64,000 nucleotides of DNA from the human T2T-CHM13v2.0 reference genome, Homo sapiens: NCBI RefSeq assembly GCF_009914755.1, contig NC_060934.1. One strand, written 5' to 3'. The position numbers and the translations under genes were made by a program. A model generated the notes under the pieces. That model had not been told where the DNA came from, did not search any database, and saw only the letters and a list, made by a program, of their open reading frames with translations. Every line of letters begins with the position of its first letter. Positions within the stretch are counted from its first letter, which is position 1. Shown here in pieces: positions 1-13,131 of this stretch.

Positions 1-384
1 TTAGAAAGGAGAAAAAAATGACACTAAATTCGATATGAGTTGCCTTAAAAAAATAGCCCGGCTTAGGGGCAATCCATGGAAGGTATGGGTCAAAGTAGGG
101 TATATTTATAATTAACAGATTTTCACCCAGAATTTAGAGGGAAATGTGGAGGCAAATTTGAGTTAAATAGTCCTAAAATCTCTCAAAATGATTCAACCTT
201 TCATATGTCCAAGAACCAGAGCTAGAAACAGACTAGAATTTGTCTATGGATTCTCTAGGGACCAGAAAATGTTTCTCTACTTTTAACCTCCTGGCTTGTT
301 ACTTCATTGCTAAACGTAAAGCAACAAAGATGGAGAATAGGAGACTAGATTCAACTGGAGCAGCAGCGTCGCTAAGTATTTTGA

Positions 385-736
<352 letters not shown>

Positions 737-1441
737 TGACACGGGTACTTTTCCTGCATTTCACCGAAGTTCCCGAACCTCTGCCGTCAGTCTGGATTTT
801 GGCCGGGCGTTGCTGAGGGTCTGGAGTAGAGGCTGTGGGCTGTGTCCATTTCACAGCCATGGGGTGTGAAAGGTCAGTAGGCTTTGCGGGCAGTGGAAGG
901 CGGCCTCCTGCAGGAAATGGCTCTTGTAATTTTCAGCAGTTAGTTACTAAATCCTATGAAGTCCATTCAGTTTACTTGGCAGGAATTGTTGGTTTGACAG
1001 GAAAGCTGTGTGGCCTTGGAATGGCTGCCATTTACTGAAATAGTGATACTGGTTGGGCCAAGTTTTCTAAAAGTAGTGACATTATAAATACTACTCCGTT
1101 GTCAGGCGTAATACAGTTTTTCAGTGTGCCTAAACTGCAGAAACATAATACTTGCCCAAGAGTTTTACATGGTGTTATTTGATGCATAAACTCATGATGT
1201 CACTTGATGCAAAATAGTTGTTCATGAAATTTAAAAATAGCCTCATCCTCAGGAATGTTTAAGACATTTACAGTTACCATGTATACTGGATTAGTGAATA
1301 CCGAACCATTGCTTCTAGGGGAAATACAGGGTTAGTTCACTTCCAGCCTCTGAGAACACATTTTTATAACCTCGTTTTATATATGTCAATACATAACCTG
1401 TTTTATGTGTGTTTCTGTTTAAAGACACCTCATTTAATATA

Positions 1442-3068
1442 TGAGGAGACTTCAAAAAGTTCATGGGAAAATGGAATTAACAGGTAAAAAATTTAAATAT
1501 GAACTTTATTTCTCAAAATAATCTCCATCAAGGTCGGGAGACTTGTAAGTGCTGATAGCAACCATTTAGTTCATCCCTAAAGAACTGAGGGTCCTGGGAA
1601 CTTAACCATGTCAGTGTGGTGTTTTTTACATTATTAGCTGAAGAAAAATGATGCCCTTTAAAGAATTTTTTTTTTTTTTTTTTTTTTTTGAGACGGAGTG
1701 TCGCTCTGTCACCAGGCTGGAGTGCAGTGGTGTGATCTCGGCTCACTGTATCCTCCGCCTCCTGGATTGAAGCGATTCTCCTGCCTCAGGCTCCCAAGTA
1801 ACTGGGACTACAGGTACGTGCCACCACGCCCAGCTAATTTTTGTATTTTTAGTAGAGACGGGGTTTCACCATGTTGGCCAGGATGGTCTCGAGCTCTTGA
1901 CCTCGTGATCTGCCTACCTCAGCCTCCCAAAATGCTGGGATTACAGGCATGAGCCACTGCACCCGGCCTAGAGATTCTTTTTTTTAAGATAAGGAAGTAA
2001 AAAGAAATCAGAAGGAGCCAAATCAGAGCTGTAAGGGGGATGCCTAATGATGTCCTACTGAAATTCTCCCCAAATTGCCCTTGTGTGATGAGAGGAATGA
2101 GCAGGAGCCTTGTTATGGTGGCGAAGGACTCTCTGGTGACCCTTTCTCAGGCATTTTTCTGCTAAGGCTTTGGTTAACTTTCTCAAAACACTTTCATAAT
2201 AGGGAGATATTATTTTATGGCCTTCCAGAAAGTCAGCAAGCAAAATGCCTTGAGTGTCCAAAAGAACTGTGATCATGTCTTTTGCTGTTGACCGGTCTGC
2301 TTTTGCTGTGACTCGACCTCTTCTACTTCTTGGTAGCCATTGCTCTGATTGTGCTTTTTCTGGGAAAAAGCGTTGTACTGGGAAAGCCGTGTTTTGTTTC
2401 CTGTTACAGTTCTTCAAGGAAATGCTTCAGGATCTTGGTCCTACTTGTTGAAAATTTCCGTTGAGATCTCTGCTCTTGTCTGAAGCTGAGCTGACCTCAG
2501 TGGTTTTGGCGCCCATAGAGTGGAAAGTTTACTCAGCTTTAATTTTTCAGTCAGAATTGTGTAAGCTGAACCAATTGAGATGTCTGTGGTGTTGGTTGTT
2601 GCTTCTGCTGTTAATCATTAGTCCTCTACAGTTAGGGCTGTAACTTGAAAAAAAAAAACAAGATGATTTTTTTTTTCCTTGCTGATTGATGAGGACGGTT
2701 TGCCGCCGTGGACTTCATCTTCCACATCAACTTGTTAAAACAGGTTATTCATTTGGAAACTGCTGATTTCTTTGGGGCATTGTCCACATAAACTTTTCAT
2801 AAGGCATCAATGATTTCACCATTCCTCCACACAAGTGTCACCATAAATTTGCAGTTTGTTCTTGCTTCAATTTTAGCAGAATTCATGTTGCTCTGATAGG
2901 GGCTCTTTTCAAAATGACGTCTTTTCCTTCTTACTGTCTCAAACTAGATCCTGTCTAAACATGTTGTAGCAAGCTAGTACACATTTATTTTGGTGCAAAA
3001 AAAAAATGGAAATTCATGCATAGTTTTTTCGTAATACTCATTTTCCACGAACTTTTTGAAGTCCCTTA
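1442..3068 (-). mobile_element. Hsmar2 mariner transposon, near full length, with decayed transposase
   Basis: TIRs GACTTCAAAAAGTTCATGGGAAAA (about 1448) and TTTTCCACGAACTTTTTGAAGTC (about 3041-3063), TA-flanked. - strand from 2886 reads MNSAKIEARTNCKFMV; ORF 2055-2417 is the mariner catalytic region. About 1.3 kb after removing the Alu. Confidence 0.93.
1666..1968 (-). mobile_element. AluS (Sc-like) inserted in Hsmar2
   Basis: Poly-T followed by full Alu; interrupts the transposase 3' region. Confidence 0.93.
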
Positions 3069-3173
3069 GTATATTTTTGATTCATTTAGCATCGAGTTCA
3101 CAGCCAACAGCACAATATAACCCACAGCTGAACAAAGCTTACATAACACACATATTTTCTCTGTAAGGCGTCA

Positions 3174-3547
3174 TAGATTAGTCCATTCTCATGCTGCTAA
3201 TAAAGACATACCAGAAACTAGGTAATTTATAAAGGAAAGAGGTTTAGTTGACTCCCAGTTGCGCAGGCCTGGGGAGGCCTCAGGAAACTTAGAATCATGG
3301 CAAAGGGGGAAGCAAACATGTTCTTCTTCACGTGGTGGGAGGAAGGAGAAGTGCTGTGCAAGAGGGAGAAGCTCCTTATAAAAACCATCAGATCTTGTGA
3401 CAACTCAGTATCATGAGAACAGCAGCATGGGGGTAACCGCCCCCATGATTCAATTACCGCCCACTGGGCCCTCCCACCACATGTGGGAATTAAAGGGAAC
3501 TACAGTTCAAGATGAGATTTGGGTGGGGACACAGCCAACCAATATTA
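3174..3547 (-). mobile_element. THE1/MST (MaLR) solo LTR
   Basis: attagtccattctcatgctgctaataaagacatacc ... gagatttgggtggggacacagcc. Confidence 0.88.
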
Positions 3548-4087
3548 CTCAGCCTTTCTGAGCTTAGGAGCACTAAGTAGCTCTGTAGCACTATGCCTGC
3601 GGCCTGTTTCAAACAAAATCTCAAGCAAAAAGCAAACATATATGAAAGACATGGCACGAAATAGCCCAGAGAAAGGACCCTTGTTGACAGTAGGAGAGCT
3701 GAAGCAGGAAGGCACAGTGTCATCTTGTTTGACCTCAGCCTGGAATGTGCATGTCCAGTAACTCGAATTTTCTCCCCTCTGCTCCCATGTCCAGGAATGA
3801 CCACAAAATTGCCACAAGTATTGATTTCTAAGTTTCAAAGAAATTTTAGCCAGCAGGTGAATTTGTAAATACAGATCGGTGAATAATGAGGACTGACCAT
3901 ACTTACATTCTAATGTTCTTAACTAAATATCTTTCTCCACGTATGTATAAAGCATAAAATTTTCTCCTTTCCAGTCTAAAGGTCAGTGCCTAAAGGAGTG
4001 AAATGGTGAGAAGGGGCTGGATCCAAGCTGTTATTGGCTATGATTGAAAATTTACTGCTATTTAAAAGTGCATATTTCCACTTTTAA

Positions 4088-4311
<224 letters not shown>

Positions 4312-4789
4312 TAAACGGAAGTGATTTGCAAACAACCAACAAAAAGCACACCAAAATAACCTGCACAAAGATTACAAAGACTTTAATAAATTAATTACGG
4401 TTACTTGTCATCATTTCCCTGTTTTAAGTACACCCCTGAACAGGCCTCAGGCTTCTTCCAGTATGGGCTGGCCTGGGGATGGGGAGGACGAAGGTCTACC
4501 CCAGCCCTCTCTGGCCACAGAGGCTGCATTGCCCCCTCTCTTTCAGTTCGATTTTGTTTAAGGCAGTGTGGCTTCTTAAGTGACATGTCTGTGATGATCA
4601 CCCCAGGCTTTCTACATCAAAATGTTTAAGTATCTATCTTTCAGTGACCTTCATGTCATTTCCCAGTATTCTTTTTAGGAGACTGCCATAAATTCAGGCA
4701 GTTTGAGCATTCTCCAAACATACTCATTTGCTTCTAGAAAGGAAATCTATGGTTCTTTTCTCCGAGAGTGGTTACATTCCAGATCTTAG

Positions 4790-5200
4790 GGGCTGAACGT
4801 GACAGAAGTGGATTTCTCATCCATGTACTATTGGAAGCTTGGCTGGGGGCCAGGGGTTCTTCCCCAGCCATGCGTTTGGAGCCCCAGGCAGGCAAGATCC
4901 TGCCATATTCCACACATAGATATAGGTATCTCTAGTCAGCAGAAGGGAAAAGGAAATGAGTAGATCAGGTATGTGGGGCAGAGGGCGCAGTTATGAAGAC
5001 CCTGGAAGCAATGTACATCACTTCTCCCCACATTCCTTGGCCAGAGCTCATTTGTGTGGCTCCCCATTGGACGCACAGGGCAGGGAGTGGGGGTGCTGGA
5101 AATGTATGCCTAGGCTGGGAACCCACTTTCTAGAAGCAGCATTCTGTTCCATCATAGGGGAGCAGGAATCGTGCAGGGACAGCTGGCCATCCCTGGCACA
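4790..5200. mobile_element. Old MLT1-type LTR fragment
   Basis: catcacttctccccacattccttggccagagctc ... gctggaaatgta resembles MLT1J/K. Confidence 0.45.
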
Positions 5201-5529
5201 CAACGGAAGACGGTGGAGGACGCTGCTCTTGGTGGCGAGGAAGTGAAATTTGTCTAAGCTCTGAGGTCAACCTCGAGGAGGTGAGGTTGTTGGAAACATT
5301 CCTGTCAAATCATTCTCATATTCTAGCTAAGCCCGTGTTAAATATGCCACACCTCAGAGGCTTAGAACCCTTTTAAGTTTCAGGCAAACACAGTACAGGG
5401 TGTGGGATCTGTTTCTGACACTCTTGAGAGCTACTTGAAGACGGGCTCCATCTGTGCCTCTTGAAACAAAGACACTCGATAAAGGCACACTGAACAAACA
5501 GTGATGCAAAATTGCAAGTTCCTAGGAAT

Positions 5530-5750
5530 AACAGTAGCTAACTTTTCCTATGAAAGCAGTGTGGGCCGCACCTGTGCCTAGGACTTTACATGTGTATCTC
5601 ATTTCATCTCTTAAATCCCCGATACGAGGTAGGTTCAGTTATGATGATCCCAGTTTTACAAGAGAAGGAACCATGTGCACAGAGGCACATATGTTGCTTA
5701 TAGCCTCGTGGCCATGAGCAGCAGAGCTGGTATTTAAGTCCAGGCCATCT
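5530..5750 (-). mobile_element. MIR
   Basis: MIR core cccagttttacaagagaaggaac. Confidence 0.75.
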
Positions 5751-6367
5751 GTGAGCTGGGGAGAGAGAGGTAAAGAAGATGCGTAGCACTGGGGATGAGA
5801 GGGGCACATTGTCCCATTTTGGTACTTCCTGAAGATTCCACAGTGTGCTTCCTAGGGGCAGCCCGAAGGTCATCAGGAGTGCGCATGATCTGAGATTATT
5901 GCCAGAGAGCATTGTTCCTCTCAGATTATAATGCCAGTAACTGGGACCAGTGGGGATTTTATAATCATACAGTCCCCATTACAGAGAAACTGAGGCTTAG
6001 TATGTAAAAGGGATGCCCAGTGTTACATTACAGTAGGTCAGAGTTGTTTCCAAAGAAGTTCATCTGATTGTTTTTGTTGTTTTTCCATCCAAGCCATAGC
6101 TGGTTACTATTAGGAAGATAGCTAACTAGTTGTCAAATACACCCGGGATTTTTCTGAAGTTTAACCACTTTAAAAATAAATGTGTCATTTGTCACATATT
6201 TGTATAATGAGCAGCTTTGGTCAATACCATAACCTCAGTCTCTCCAGAATTTAACACAACTGTGGTGCCATTCCTATTGGACCTACACACTCAACCACAG
6301 AATGGAGTCGGGTGAAAGATTGGGTGACTGGATTTGCCATTTCACCGAGTGCTGTGAATGGGTCTCA

Positions 6368-6920
<553 letters not shown>

Positions 6921-8176
6921 TCACAAAATAAACTCTCATATTTATTCAAAGGTTTGCATTCCATAGATGAATCATGCAGGGTTGCATACTTGAGTCACTC
7001 TTCTTGGTGAGCCAAAAGTCACCCAATACTGGGAATAATTTCCCAGCTGTTTGAAACGTGTGTGTGTGTGTGTAAATGTGCAAAGGGTAAGTTATTCAAA
7101 AGACCCAATTAGTGGAGTTTATTAACTCTTACTGCAGGTATGTCCATAGCTGTGCTATATTCATCCCTTTTTTTCCAGCTTTTTAAATATAATTTTAAGA
7201 AGAAGCCTCATTAGGGCAAGGTTAAAAAGTAGAATATTGTTTATGTAAAACCCTTGGCTGTTATCAGCATTTCATATAAATGTAGCTAATTACAGTCAGC
7301 AGGCTGCCATCATTGCTGGAATAGAAATACGACTTCATTGTAACCATGATCATTATTATCTTAGTTTTGTAGGAGACATAGAGTGAAAATGGCTAGGGAC
7401 CAGTATAAATGTGGGCATGTTGAGACATTTATCTGCTATAGCTGGCCCTCCCAGATGATACCCTGTTTTCAAGAGTCTCATGTTTTCCATCTCTAAGGTG
7501 ATAACATTCAAAAAGAAGAGGTTGTTTGATGTTATTGTGTTATATTTTTTAAAAAGAGGAAAAAAAAAAAGAAAGATTACCCCAAGAATGATTCATCAAG
7601 TTTTGAAACTCAAGGGAAGTGGATATTATGGATGATTGACAGTTTATAAAATGACAACTGGGAATGAAATGGGTTCTGTCAAGCTTTGTGAGTGGGGCGT
7701 GGGGTGGTGCATTGCAATCTGCGATGGCAAACATTGTGGTTTCTGTCATTCCTTTAAATGTTTGAGAACAACTATTTACTGCATCTCCCATGGAAAGTCT
7801 ATTTCTTATTGTATGAGTATAATGCAAGTTAAAGATCACTTATTTTTCTTTTTGTTCTATTAAAGTGTTCCCTTGCAGCGGTGGTATTGGCAATAATATT
7901 GGTTCTAGGAACATGAAATAAAACCTGGTAAATATCATTGGGCAGAATCAAAATATAGAGGCAGTGGCTAGGCTCTCTTTCATAGTCTAGTGTTCCTTCT
8001 CTGTAGTGATCAGGGATCAGTTAAGTTAGTTGACATACACACTGCTTATTTAATGGGTTTTAGACTGTAGGTTTCTTCATGCCTGGGTCTTGACCCATCA
8101 CTGGATACTGAAATCAATTTGGTGAGTTATGACTGGCTTAAAACAAAAAGAAAATAGAACAGAATAGAAAATAATA

Positions 8177-8481
8177 GGCTGGGCACGGTGGCTCACCCCT
8201 GTAATCCCAGCACGTTGGGAGGCTGAGGCAGGCAGATCACCTGAGGTCAGGAGTTTGAGACCATCCTGGCCAACATGGTGGAACCTCGTCTCTACTAAAA
8301 ATACAAAAATTAGCTGGGCGTGATGGTGAACTCCTGTAATCCCAGCTACTCAGGAGGCTGAGGGAGGAGAATCACTTGAACCCGGGGGTCAGAGGTTGCA
8401 GTGAGCCGAGGTTGTACCACTGCACTCCAGCCTAGGTGACAAAGCGAGACTCCAGCTCAAAAAAAAGAAAAGAAAAGAAAA
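8177..8481 (+). mobile_element. AluS
   Basis: Full Alu with (GAAAA)n tail. Confidence 0.93.
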
Positions 8482-9011
8482 GAATAGAATAATAGTGTAC
8501 CATGCATCATAACAATAATAAACATCGTGTTTTATGCACCTCTTATTTCACTTCCATGAACGGTGTGTTCGTATAAAGTATGCTGGTTCAGGGAGACCAG
8601 CCTGGTCCTCGATTGTGAGTATGGCTCCATGTAGACAATCCTACTCAAGGTAAATGCAACCAGAAACAAAGGACATTGCCCCTAACAAGGACTTGGGCCA
8701 GAATTCCATTGTTCGGCCTTCTTGCCAAGGGCTGAGACATGCTTTCTGTCAGTATCATTGAAGTATGATGGATGGTTCGTGCTAGTCTAAGAGGAGCAAT
8801 ATCTCACGTCGCTGGAGTGTCTAGGGACAAGAATGCTTTTATTAAACAGCTACCTTAACTAAAAGTGATGCTCACTGTTAACCATTGGTTTCATGATGCC
8901 AGGCAGTACTTGAACATCTTCATGGGATGTATTATAATAACTTAGCATCCCTATTTAGCACTGAGTTATACTGAATTCATTTAATCCTTATCCATTTAGA
9001 TAATTACAGTG

Positions 9012-9364
9012 CAGTAGTCCTGCTTTATCTGAGGGGGGTGTGTCCCAAGACCCCAGTGGATGTAGAAATGGCAGATAGTAGGTGTACACTAAGGTTTTTT
9101 AATCCAATAACTGAGATGGCTTCTAAGTGACTAACTGGCAGGTAGTGTAGACAACGTGTGGATGGATGGGCTGGACAGAGGGATGATTCATATCCTGGGT
9201 GAGACAGAGTAGGATGGCACAGGATTTCATAGCTACTTGGAATGGCTCGCAATTTAAAATTGTTTATTAACTGTATTAATTGTTTATATGTGGAATTTTC
9301 CATTTAATATTTTCAGACCGCAGTTGACGGCAGGTAACTGAAACTGAGGCTAAGGGGGCTACCG
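9012..9364. mobile_element. MER44-like Tigger MITE
   Basis: Termini cagtagtcc..tttatc and taagggggctaccg; internal ccaagaccccagtggatg. Confidence 0.75.
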
Positions 9365-9384
9365 TGTCGTCCTTCTGAAATTCA

Positions 9385-9754
<370 letters not shown>

Positions 9755-11845
9755 GAATGTAGAAAAGATCTCTGTTTTCCATTCATTCCCTCAGTTATTC
9801 TTTGAAACAAGCAATCTTTGAGCATCTGCTTTGTGCTGTGCTCTTGGAACACAGAAGTAGGTGATAACTCGGCCCTTGGTCCATAGGAGGAAACAGATAT
9901 ATCAGCATGATGGCCATTTAGGGTGGGACGTGCTAGAATAGAGGGAGATACATATGAAGGTATCTGGGATTTTAAAGGAAGACGGACAAACTGTGCGGTT
10001 TGGGAAGACATTACCCATCACAAAGATATTTAAAATACAACTTAACAGGCACATAAAAGAGTTTTCCAGCTGGAGAGAGATAGGAGTTACGGAAGGAGAG
10101 GTGGACAGATCCCAGCCCCAGGACATAGCCTGGAATTTGCTCCTTTCAGCCAGCAGTGGATGTACTTTAGCTGTCTCTTGCTTCTTTTGCTTAAAAATAG
10201 AATTCAGAAAAAATTAATTCCAGTTATTCAGCGTGCCAGTTAGTGGAGGCCTGACTAATTAAGGTTTCACTGTAAGCTTGGCATATCAGAAGTAGTATTA
10301 TAATCATGTGTTTTTGTTTTGAATATGTTAAGTTTTTGTTGTTCTATTTGTGTTGACTGGGGTAAAATGTGATCTGTGTCATTTTGATTTTGAGTTCTCA
10401 CTTAGTAATCCAATTTGGCATCCCATATCCTCTTCCCAACAAGAATTTAAAGTGTTTATTAAAAAGGAGAGGAGAGGTAGAGGGTCAAATAAAACATTGG
10501 CAGCAAGGCAGGTGGCCAAAGCCTGCGGAGGAAGGACAGGAAATGTCTGCTGGAGCTTGTTATAGAGCAGACGCAGAATGAGCACAGTCAGAAAATAGAG
10601 AGCTAGGGAAGGGAAGGCTTGCTCAGCTCTGGGGAATTCCAGAACTTAGAGGGCAGAGGCCAATTTATTCAACATGATAGTTTCTTGTCTCTAATCTCTC
10701 TTGGATTCTTTGAGTATGAGGAGGACAAGTAAATGTTTTGAGGAAGCATGGCATAGCAAGAACACCAGGGGGCCTCGCATACCTGCCTTTGAAGTTTATT
10801 ATGTTTGGCAAGACCCTCTCAGAGCCTACGTTCATAGCTGTGAAATTAGCCATAAACATGCTCCCTCCAAGGCCTTCTGTTGGGAGGATTTATAAGGATT
10901 TAAATATGCTTAGCACAGAGTGCAGGCCATAGGAGATACTCAGTAAATGGGATCCCCCCTCTGCCCGACCTGTAACCCTACGTGGAATCCTATGATAGAC
11001 TTTGCCTAAGAGTGACCGAGGCAGCATTGTCATTGCCACGGCTAGAGCCCCCATTGTATTTAGTTTAACCTTCGCTCTCTAAAGGTCAGAATACATTTCT
11101 ACAACACAATACATTTTATTTAGTGCTGCACACACAGTGGTTTTAGTGAGGGCCTTAATAGTCCCCCCAGAGGTTCCACGTATGCACCCCTTGCACTCTG
11201 CCACCTGTGCTGTGGGGCTAGTATCCTGCAATGACAGTGCACTCCCAGCTTATGCCTGGGAGACGTTCTTAAAGTCCCAGTGGCGACTGATACGTTTACA
11301 TGCTGTTTATGAAAGAGATGGAGTTTGGGTGGTGATGGGAGGGAGGGAAGGAGAAGAAGGAAGCGCCGTAACTCCATCTGATGGGCACAGAAGCAGAGGA
11401 AGAGTAACGCGTATGCTGTGCACTCCCCCTTCCCTTCTTGCCACCCAATCCCTGATCCCAGCTGGATCTCAATATAGAATAATAAAACTGTGATTAAGAT
11501 CACGTAAACACAATTTATTTTTTCATTAAGCTCCATAATATACTTTTGCACTTGTTTCTATAAAGCTTCAGACGGCCTCAGCAAAAGAGTTGACGCTTTG
11601 CCTGTAATATAATTTGCATGACCCTATCCTCTTTAAAAGTGCCAGTTTCCTTGAATTACAGATATTAACTCCCAAGACAGTATAAGCATCATGGCCTTTT
11701 GGACAGGTGGGCTGTTTTCTTCTATTCATTTTGAGGTTGTTAGGGACTCTTTGGTAATAGGATCTTCCTAATCTACGATATTATTGGTTATTAAATATGG
11801 ATGACTTGTTTGATGTAGTGGGGCTTGTTTTCAATGATCCCATTA

Positions 11846-11938
11846 GGCCAGGCGTGGTGGCTCATATCTGTAATCCCAGCACTTTGAGAGGCCGAGGCAG
11901 GAGGATCACTTGAAGTCAGTGAGCCACCACGCCCGACC
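11846..11938. mobile_element. Two fused, oppositely oriented Alu 5' ends
   Basis: + Alu start at 11846-11918 joined to - Alu start at 11919-11938. Confidence 0.85.
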
Positions 11939-12955
11939 CGGAGTTGCATCTCTTAACGGCATCCCAGTTCGAGTCTCAGCCAAGGGAGCAGGCACCCATG
12001 CCCTGGGGCCTGAACTGTGGCATGGGAGTGGGGGGCACAGATCTTTTGGCAGAAGGTGGCTACCCAGGTCCAAGCCTCAGACATCTTTCCTCCTTGTCAG
12101 ACCTTCCTCCTGGGTGAGTCACCTATGTGGGGGGCGGGTGAGAACCTCTTTGTGGAGGCTCTGGGAAAGCCGACTTGGAGCTTGGAGCCTCCACAGTTAT
12201 ATAAATGGAAAATTAGAAAAAAACAAAAAGGCCTTGTGGGCTTGTAAAGATGGAATACATTGTAGCTGAGAAAATTCTTGGCTGAGAAAATGTGAGGAGT
12301 GCTAAGGCCGTGGTTGGAGGATTTTTTTTTTTTTCTTGGTAAAGGGAGACAGTGGCTGCAGAAGGCACCAGCTGTCCCCACCTCTTTGCCATTGTTGAAA
12401 CAAACTCGCAAATGGAAAGGACTTTGCAATGCAGAGTCTAAGGAGGGAAAATGAAAATATGACAGATACAAAGAACTGAATGCATTCTGAAATCTTAGGG
12501 GAATAAAAATATCTAGTATTGAGACAGCCCAAAGCTAAGAGTCTGCAAACTCAGAAACAGCAAGAAGCTTTTTCACAAGAAAAGGAAACTTAGTGCTCTA
12601 GGTACATAGAGGTGGAGAGGAGGGCCTGTGTGTTTTAATCTGTCACCCGATATCTTGTATAGCTGTAGGATTATGGAGTGATTCAGTTTCCTCTCTGTAG
12701 CAACATCCATGAAAATATCTATTTACTTACTGCCTCGGGAAAACATTCAAATTTATGATTTAATCAGCTTCAAAGTATTTCTGCTGAGTTTTGTTACTTT
12801 GTTTAACTTTTTTATTATGTGGTAGCTGGTGGATTGTAGGCATATTTAGCAGTTGGGAAATGTCTAAGGAAAGATTACCTTTGATAAAAAGCCAGTAGGA
12901 AGGGAATTGAAGGACGCAGAGTCGATGCCTGCAGTTTCTTGTTTTTGTTTCCCCA

Positions 12956-13131
12956 GCTCTGGAGTCAGACTGCATAGGTTTGCATCCTGACTCTTCAAGT
13001 TACCGTGTGACTTTGAGCAAACTTCTTAACTTTTCTGTGCCTCAGTTTCCTCTAAAATGTGATCATAGTTGTATTTACCTCAGAGATTGTCATGAGGATT
13101 AAATGAAATACTATATAAATGCTTAGAGCAG
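12956..13131 (+). mobile_element. MIR
   Basis: ctctggagtcagactgc ... tctgtgcctcagtttcctc ... gaggattaaatga. Confidence 0.85.

Larger units (their letters stand above)
1268..3898 (-). mobile_element. Tigger-family MITE (MER82-like), split by Hsmar2 and a THE1 LTR
   Basis: Colinear pieces at about 1268-1440, 3069-3173 and 3548-3898, ending ...gaataatgaggactgac (Tigger-type terminus). Confidence 0.65.

Noticed and set aside
2055-2417. Possible domesticated transposase ORF
   Set aside because: Stops up- and downstream, a lost catalytic Asp and an Alu insertion; treated as a fossil.
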